Below, piece by piece: positions 42,779 to 51,700 of a stretch of DNA of 53,818 nucleotides; position 1 is the first letter of the stretch; each line of letters begins with the position of its first letter. The notes beneath the pieces are model-generated. The model saw nothing but the letters and a program-made list of their open reading frames with translations, made no database searches and had not been told where the DNA came from. This DNA is from Clostridiales bacterium (lineage in GTDB: Bacteria > Bacillota > Clostridia > Christensenellales > UBA1242). Where the stretch lies: assembly GCA_918241715.1 (NCBI GenBank), contig CAKJYB010000022.1:1-53818 (forward strand), given 5' to 3'. The position numbers were made by a program, and so were the translations under genes.

Positions 42779-45700
42779 TTATTCAGCAGCTACGTAAATT
42801 TCTCCCTGTCTGATTATTCCAACTCCGGTGCCAGCTGTCGTTTGTTCAACATAGTTATAGTTGTGGTTTGTGTTGTCTAATGTTCCGTCATTGTGAGCAA
42901 CAATTCCTGCAAAGTATGCAAGCCAGTCGTCTCCATCAATTGCCTGTGCAGTCATAAGTGTATAGTTTTGGCAATTTCTGATTGTGGAGTTTTCCATGTT
43001 GATTGTTGCAACGCCAGATACTTTTATTTCGACCGTTTTATCTTCTCCCAAAACTTTAAACGTTGTTGAAACTCCTGAAGTTCCAATCACGCAGTTTTCA
43101 ACTCTTGCATAGTTTACCGAAACGATACCTGCAATGCAGTTTCTTTGAGAGTTTCCATAGGTGTTTACAATCATGTCTGCTGTGTTGTGGCAGTTTGTGA
43201 TAACTGCAGAACCACCAATGTTGATTGAAACAAGTCCTGCATACAACATGTCAATTTCTCCACCAGCAATATTTCCTTGCAAGTTTGTTGAGAAGTTTAC
43301 AAGGTTTACGTTGTCGATTTGTCCGTTGTTTGTGATTGCAAGGCCGGCAAACAATGAGTTTTTGGAAATTGTCCCGGACTCCTTGTTGTAAGTTATGTCA
43401 AGGTCAATGTTCTTTATCACTGCTCCGTCAGCAAGTTTTTCAAACAAGGCAATACCCTTTGCAAACCTGTCTGTTGTGCTTGAAAGGTGTCTGTCAATAA
43501 TGATTTCTGAAGAAAGATTGCCAATGTCGATTGCAGTATAAGTAATCTTATAGTTTCCGGTATTGTTTGCATATCTTCCATCAATCACGCCACCAAATTC
43601 ATTTCCAAACAACATTCCAGAGAAGTTGTCAAGTGTGATGTCGTCGATAAGTTTGAAGTAGAACACGCTTTCTTCCGTGATTTGAGATCCGTTTTCAACG
43701 TATTCAGTCCAATCTATATCTTTCTTCATACGCATTGAAAGATTCATAAATTGTTGTTTTGTTTTGATGTAGTATGGTTTGTTTTCTGTTCCGTCTGAAA
43801 CAAGATTTCCACCAGCTTGATTGTTGAGATTTTCAAACAAGTTGAATTCAACGGAATAGATTTTTTCTCCAGGAACATTTTCTATATAGAATCTTGTCTC
43901 TGCCGATTGAATGTTTGTTGGGCCAAGTTTGATTCTGAGTCTAAGTTCAACTTGAGTGTCAATCAATGTTGGTTTGAAGTGATTTTGAAGTGTTGTGTAT
44001 GTTCTTGTTATACCAGCATCTTTGTATTTTACTTCAACAATATATGTTGGTCCAATTGCATCTGTTTTTGCAATTCTATAAAGTTTTGTTGTTTCAACTT
44101 CTTCGACCTTTACGTCGGCTTCAATCACAACTTCTGATCCAATTTCTTCAACAATTGTATACAACGTTCCGGCTGAGAGTGTTGCGTCTCCAATTTCGGT
44201 ATAACTGGATCCGTCAACTTCAACTTCTACGGCTTCAACGCTTGATTGAATTGAATATTTGCCATCATATTCCCATTCAAATTGTTGAATGTTTGGATCC
44301 CATGCAATAAGTCCGTCCCATTGTGCACGTTGCAAAACAATGTCTTCTGTCTGGTCAGAATAAAGGTGTCCACTTGCCGTTGTAATTGCTTTCATAATCA
44401 CTTGTTGAGATCCGTCCGTTATTGTGATAATTCCGGCAATATTGCTTCCTGTTGGCAATGTTTCTACATCCCCTGACAAGATATAGAGCAATGTTTTTGT
44501 CCTTGTAAATATGATGTCTTCTACTTCCAATCCCGTCCTGTCTTCAAGGTTTGTCTCTATCGTCAAATTGATGTCTTGATATCTTGCAAAGTATGCCGAA
44601 ATATCAAGGATTTCAATTGAAGAATTTGTTGTTGATGTGATTGCAAAGTCTTCTTCTGTGATTGTTTTAAGTTTTGTTATTTCAACTTCTGCGCCATAAG
44701 ATCTTATGATATGTTTTGTATCATCAAGTCTTGTTGCATAGATTGTAAGAGTTTGAGCACCCTCACTGATTTGTCCAAAGTTTTCGTTGAACGTGATAAA
44801 GAATTTTGTTCCAACAATGTTGTTGTCTCCGTCTCTTACATATTCTGTATCGTTTGAAACAACACATTCTCCTTCGACTTCTTCCAATGCTTCGTCGACA
44901 ACTGCAAATTGATATTCTTGAAGCAAGTCATAGTCGATATCTGCTTGTCCGTCCACAACAAATTCCCAAACAAGTTTTCCGTTTGAAACTCTTGCGTTTT
45001 CAACTTTTTGTGTTCTTTCAATTTCGTTTAAGCTGTTTGCTTCACTCATCAAAACGTAGGTGTTTGTCTCTTTGTATTGAACATTTCCAAAGGCATATCC
45101 ACCTTCAACAAGTGGAAGACAATCGTCTTCACTCAATCCTTCTGGAATTTCTGCACCAACTTTCATTGCAAAGGCTTTTACGCTTGCTTTGAGATATTTT
45201 ACATCAGCATCACTTGCAGACTCTGCAACGTTGGAGAAGTCAAACAAGAGTTTTGTTGTGTAGAAGTATTGAATTGAATCAAGGATTGTTTCTGTTTGTC
45301 CAATGCTTGTGTTTGATACTTTATATTTTGCAACTGCAACTCTATAAACGACGTCAACGTCTGGATTGAGAATTAAGTCGCTTCCTTCCTGCTCTGTTCT
45401 GCCTTCAACAGCATTCCAAGAGAGCATTCCGTTTGTAATTCCTATTCCGTCTGCCATATCCATCATTCTTGCATTTGTTTCTTTGTATTCACTTGAAACA
45501 ATCATTCTCTTCAAGGATTTTACGCCATCTTCCATTCCGTAAATTGTTTTGATGTAATAGTCAGCACCTTCTTGGAAGAATCCAAATTCTGCCGTTGATC
45601 CAATTGAAGAAACATAGAATTTAGCTGCATTGTTTTCTGTTTCTCTATAGCCATAATCTGCATCGTGTTCGTCAAGATCATTTACTCCCGTTTCATACAA

Positions 45701-48700
45701 TACAGGTTTTGATGCTTGATGTGTGTCTGTGATTGACATATAAGAATTTGATGTTGAAACATCATTATAAACTCTGTAAGTAAAGAGTGGTGAAGATGAG
45801 AATCCGTCCAAAAGTTTTTCTCTGTTTGCGCTGTCGTTGATTGACAAATAACCTTTGTTGTTTTGAACTACAGGCATAACAAGTTTGTATACATCTTCTA
45901 TTCTGTAGATTTCACTATCAACACCAATTGCGTTTCCGTTGATTTCTCCAATTGTAATAAATTGGATATAATCATACATACCGCTTCCACCATTTTCAAT
46001 GTTGAAACTTAAAGATCTCAAACTTCCGTCCAAAACTTCAACTTGTTCTGTCAAGCTGTCGTTTCTCTTATAGACAACAGTTGTGTTTTTGTTTGCTTGG
46101 GTCGTCCATGTAAAGATACCATTTTCGATTCCAAAGTTTTCTCCCATTCCATAGAGTGTGAGTTTGAAATATTCTGATTTGCTTGATGCCGTGATGTCGT
46201 TTCCAACAGCATACAACTCCATGCTGTAAGAACCCTTTGTAATTTCGTCTCCATAAACTCCAAGAAGAGAGTCGTTGTTGTGGTGATTGATGTAGAACAT
46301 CAAATAATTTCCATCAACTTGAATATTTCCGTTTTCGTCGGTTTCATAAACTGAAACAGAATTTACATTTTCTGAATCAAGCATTCTCAAGCTATATGTG
46401 TTTACAAGTTTTTGAATTGTAAAGATCATTGAAGTTCCCACATCGTTGTAAACTTTAAGAACATAATCTTCTGTTGTTTGTTGTGCGTATGTATCGTCAT
46501 ACAAATAACTCTTTCTAAGAATAATCTTATAGTGATTTACAGCCATTGAAGATGTTGTTTCTCTGACCGGTCTTACGCTTGGCTCCTGTCCAACATAAAC
46601 AACATTTTCGCCGTTTGTGTTGCTGAATTGATACCAATAAGAATTGAGTGTTTTGTTTCCACCAACCATGCAGTATTCAAGAGAGTATCTTCCAAGTTGA
46701 ATTGCTTCAAAGTAATCATCAAAAATCTTTCCTACACTTGCAACACCATGATTGCCGTTTTTCATAAGTTCCTTAAACTTTGTAAGGTTGCTTACAATTT
46801 GCGTCTCTCCAATCTTGGAAATCAAAATGTCAATCTTATCTTCAAGTGTTGGGTCAATATCAAAGATGTTTGAAACCAAATCTTTTGCGTTTACTTCAAC
46901 ACTCTTGATTGTTGTGGTTGAACCTTCTTCTTGAGTAAATTTAAATCTGATTTTTATCTTGTCTTGAACAAGGTCTGCAATAGTAAATGTAAATGGATAG
47001 TTGTAAGTCTTTGCAACAAATTCTCTTGCCTTTGGAGCAGTTATGTCTTCAACTGCTGAAAGTTTTTGTATAAAGTCTCCGTTTGATTCCCATTCAAAAT
47101 AGAATTTTCCGTTCTGCAAAACAAGTGGTGATTTTATCATGTTTTTTGTCACCTTTACAGGTTCACCATCTTCGGACACATAAACAAGTGCCGATGGCAA
47201 AACGTTTGGATCTTCGTTTACTGCTTGAATTGCAATATAGTATGCCTTGTTTTGTCCAACAAAGTCTGTTGCAGTAAATCTTTCGTCTTCAACTTCAAAT
47301 CTTGTAAAGTCGTCTCCCATTTCTCCATCAACAAGTTCTTCAACAAAGTATACATAATATTTGTCGTCTGTTTGAGAACTATGTGTCCAAGAAAGTTGTC
47401 CTGAAGAAAGGTTTAATCTTCTTATATTTTCAACTCTGTCAAATTCAAGATAATCGTCTGTTGCTGACAACCAGTTTGAAATTCTGATTTGTCCAAGACT
47501 TGTTATTTGAAGAGTTGCAATATCAACTCTAAAATGTCCAAACTGCTCTTTAAGCAATTCTGTCTGTTCAAAGAGTTTTGTAAGGTTGATTATGTAAGAG
47601 TTTGCTCCTTGATAATAATCAGAAGTAAGGTCTGTAACGTATGTCGTAACAACTTCGTCTTCTTCGTTGATAACTCTCACAAACACACCCGTAAAGAAAT
47701 ACGTTCCACTTGGCTTGTCAAGGAAGATGTGTGCTGTTGCATAATCTGTCTTGAAGTCAGAGCCCGGTGTCTGTTCGTATTTTTCAACTTTGTCATATCC
47801 ACAACTTTCAACGTATGTAAATTGATATGATACTGAGGAATTTGTGATGTAGTTTGTTTCTTCTGAAAGTGGCTCTTGATATGCCCAGAAGTAAAGTGTT
47901 ACATTTCCGTATGGTGTGTCGCCATATTCTGTTGAAAGAATGTCCAAAAGTTTTTGTCCGGAAATTCTGTAAACAGCTTGAACGTCAACATCTCTTACGT
48001 GTTGCACTTCAATTTCACTAACTTGTCCGTTTTTAAGTGCGTCTTCTGAAACACCAAAGAAGATTGTGTCAAATCCATCTTTTCTGATGGTCAACGCAAG
48101 TCCATCGGTAATTCCAAGGTCAATTCCAACAGACTCAATTGCAACTCCCATTTCAAACTTAAACATCTTGTCTGCCGTTGTAAACACTGCAGAATCAAGA
48201 ATGAAGTCTGAGCTTGTTGAACTCCCAGAGATATTCCCCAAAACAAGAATTTCAAGGTTTACCTTTGCACCAACATTAAGTTCTGCTCCCAAGAAACTTG
48301 CATCAATCTTAAGTTGGTTTGTTTCAGCTTCCACAATTGTCCATGGAGAGCATGTGATTGCTTCTTGTGATCCGTTTACAAATCTGTAAAGATATTTTGT
48401 TCCTGCAACTACATCAATAGTTACAATGCCATATTCGTTTACTGCAACATCTTCAACAGAATTTCTGTTTCCTTTGATTGTTGCATTAAACACATATTCT
48501 GTTGAATTGTTTGCGTTTGCATTTTGTCCAATTGCAGAAATTCCGATTCTTACGTCCAAGTCGTTTGGTATGCTACTTATTTCTCCGTAAGCAACAACTT
48601 TTGAGAAATTCTTTCCAAAAATATCAAGCGTTGTGTGAGAATTTCCTGTAAGTTGTGTTCTGAAAATCACACGATCATCTTCGTCATACATTTTCAAAAC

Positions 48701-51700
48701 ATACCCAGAAGCACTTGCTATTTGCGTCCATTGAAGAGTTACTTCTGAAAGGTCCGTTGTGTCTCTTGATATAGACACGCTTGTCACTGGGTCGATTCTG
48801 TCAAGCACAAAGTTTATTGTGTTTGGAACAGATTGAACGTAGTTTCTTTCTGTTGCATAAAGTTTTAAGTCATAACTTCCGTTTTCCCATGATGTGTCAA
48901 ATTCAAAGAAGAACTTGTCGTCTCTATAACTTACTTCATAAACAGAAGACAAGTATTCAACAACATACATAGTTGATGTTCTGTTTAAATCTTCGTCAAT
49001 TTCAAAACCTGCAGAAGTGTTTGTTATGTTTGCAACTTTGACAGAACTCAAAACATTGTATTCTGCACTTTCCATATATTCTGCGCAAGCCAAGTGGTAA
49101 ACTTTGTTTGAATCGTCAGCCGAACTTTTTGTTGTGATTGCAACTTTGATTTTTCCACCATCTGAAAGGTTTGTCGCAATAAAATCTGCAAGAGAATATT
49201 CCACCCTGTTTGTTATGTCTGCAACAGGAATTGCAAGGTATTCCGTTATTACTTCGGTTTCTCCTGCCTTTGTGTATGTAATTTTTGCAACAAGGCCACC
49301 ATCAATCAAGTCGGTGTGGCTTTCGTCAATTCCCACAACAATCTTTTGTGTATATTTTCTGTCAACAGCTTCAAATTCTACACTTGTGATTTTTGCAGCA
49401 CGAACAACATTTACGCTTCCCATTGAAGATGGAATGTCCGTTTCGCTAAGTGCAAAAATTTTGATTGTTGCTTGTGCCCCAAAGGCAATCTTGTTGTTGT
49501 ATACGTCGCTTGTGATTGTGTATGTATAAACCCCGTCTGCCTTTGTGATGTTTGTTGTTGCAAGAACATCATTATTTAAGAGAATTCTAAATTTTCCATT
49601 GTTGTCATAATTTCCTGTAAATTTTACAACAATGTCTGGTTCGTTTGCCTTTGACAAATCATTTTCGTCGTCAAACGCCAAAGAACTTATCACTGGCGTT
49701 GTGAGTTTTTTGATTGTAAGTGGTGAGTTGTATTCAAAGTAGTTTGCTTCTGTGTTTCCGTTTTCAAGTTGTTGCGCTAAGGCATAATAAACGTTTCCAC
49801 CTGCAACAACTTCATATGTTTCAAGGAAAGCATAGACAACAATGTCAATATTTCCTTCTTTCAATGCCGAAATCGTTGTGTAAAGTTGGGTGTTTGTGCT
49901 GAAGTTTAATGAATGTTCCGTTGTTGTGTAAACAGCAACATTTTCTCCGTCATTAAACATCACTGCATATTTAAGTTTTGAAAGCCCAACGCCTTCTGCA
50001 AATTCGTCCCAAGAAAGTATGTTGCTTGCATATGATACAACAACTGATGCAGGAGCAAGTGTGGACATGTTTGTAAGTGTCCAGTTCTTTGTTTCGCTGT
50101 CAAGATATGACGTCGTCATGTCTCCACTTGTCAAACCTTTCTTCCCAACAACTTTAAGGCTGATTGTTCCGTTTCCAGAAACGTCAATCTTTCCTGTTGT
50201 GTTGTGGTCGTTTGCTCCAACCAAAACATAATCTACAAAGCCTTGTTCTTCTGCTTTGATTTGATATTCAAGTTTTCCGTCAAACTCTCCACCAGAAATC
50301 ATTTTGATTTTGTTGATAGAATCAAGTTTGTAAATTCTTATTGTGTTTGAATTGTTGGAATCCATATAATATGGATTTTCTGCAACAACATAGAATGAAT
50401 AATATGTTGACAAATCAAATTCTGAAAGAGAATAAGATGCCGTTGTTGCACCAGAAATTGGCCCACCATATTCTTCTCCGTTTACATACATTTGATATGT
50501 TGTGTGTGCTGCAGCAGCTGTGCTTGTTGCAACTTCTTCCCAATTGAATATGATGTTTGCCCCTGAAAGTTGATATTCAATTTCTGGGCTTGACATTTTT
50601 TCAACTTTTGCAACTTTCTTGCTTGCATCTGCTTTGAGTGTTGCATATTGTGAAACAAGTTTGTCAACATTTGTGTTTGGCATAGAATAGATTGCAAAGC
50701 CATAGTCAACAGCGTTGTTGTAAGCATGATTTATTTCACTGTTTTCTGCATTTTTAAGAAGATTTACAATTCCGTCTATGTCTATTGTTGCAACACCAGA
50801 AATTGTTTCAACAAAATCATTTGTGTCGCTGAGAGTTTCTTCTGTGTCTTCATAAATTGCAACAACATCTTCTGTCAAAACAACTTTTATGTTTTCAACA
50901 ACATTGTTTGAATTTCTGCACAAAACATTTATTGTATAACCAGATGTTCTAACAGATTCTGCGTTTTCAACAATCAATTTTCCGTCTTCATATTCAAAGT
51001 TTGACAATGTTCCAAGTCTTGTAAATGTAAGATTGCTTACTTCGCTGTCAAGGAAGATTTTGTGGTCTTCAATTCCAAAATATTCTCCTGTCTTTGTTGA
51101 ACCATAATATTTGAAACTTAAATCAATTGTAGAGTATCCAGTCAAGTCAAAACTTGCAGTCCTTGCTGATGCACTTCCTGCGCAGTTGTTTTCGTCTGCT
51201 GTTTCCCAGAGTTTTACTCCCTTTGCGTTCTCCACTGCTTCAATATGAAGTTTTTGCTCTGTGTTTGAAGTGTCAACATTGTAATATCTGTCCACAACAA
51301 AAGTCCAGTCATCAATCGACACGTCTGCTTTTGTTATTTGTGGAAGTTTCTTTATTGTCAAATTGTAGTCGTCAGAATCCAAATACAAATCACCATCGTT
51401 TGAATGAGCAGTAATTGCAACTACGTATGTCTTTGACGTGTCCATAAATGTCTGCGTGAGTGTGTATTTGCTTGTCTGTCCGGCAACAACAGAATTTGTA
51501 ATTCTAAATGTGTCTATTGCAATTTCAAAGCTGTCAACATTTTCTGTGTTTTCAACTTCCAAATAATACTTTTCTTCTACGGCATCATAACCAAACTTAA
51601 CTTGCCCTACTTCAAGTTGAACGGCAACACAAACAAGCGCTTTAAGGGCCTGTGTTGCAGAAATATAAACGTTTTCATTTCCAGACAAAGCATAAACTTC

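Noticed and set aside
44444-44458. LPTGS in the 3,637-aa protein, as a possible sortase (LPXTG) signal.
   Set aside because: The residue order is wrong for LPXTG. It is more than 500 aa from the C-terminus and is not followed by a hydrophobic helix plus a basic tail.
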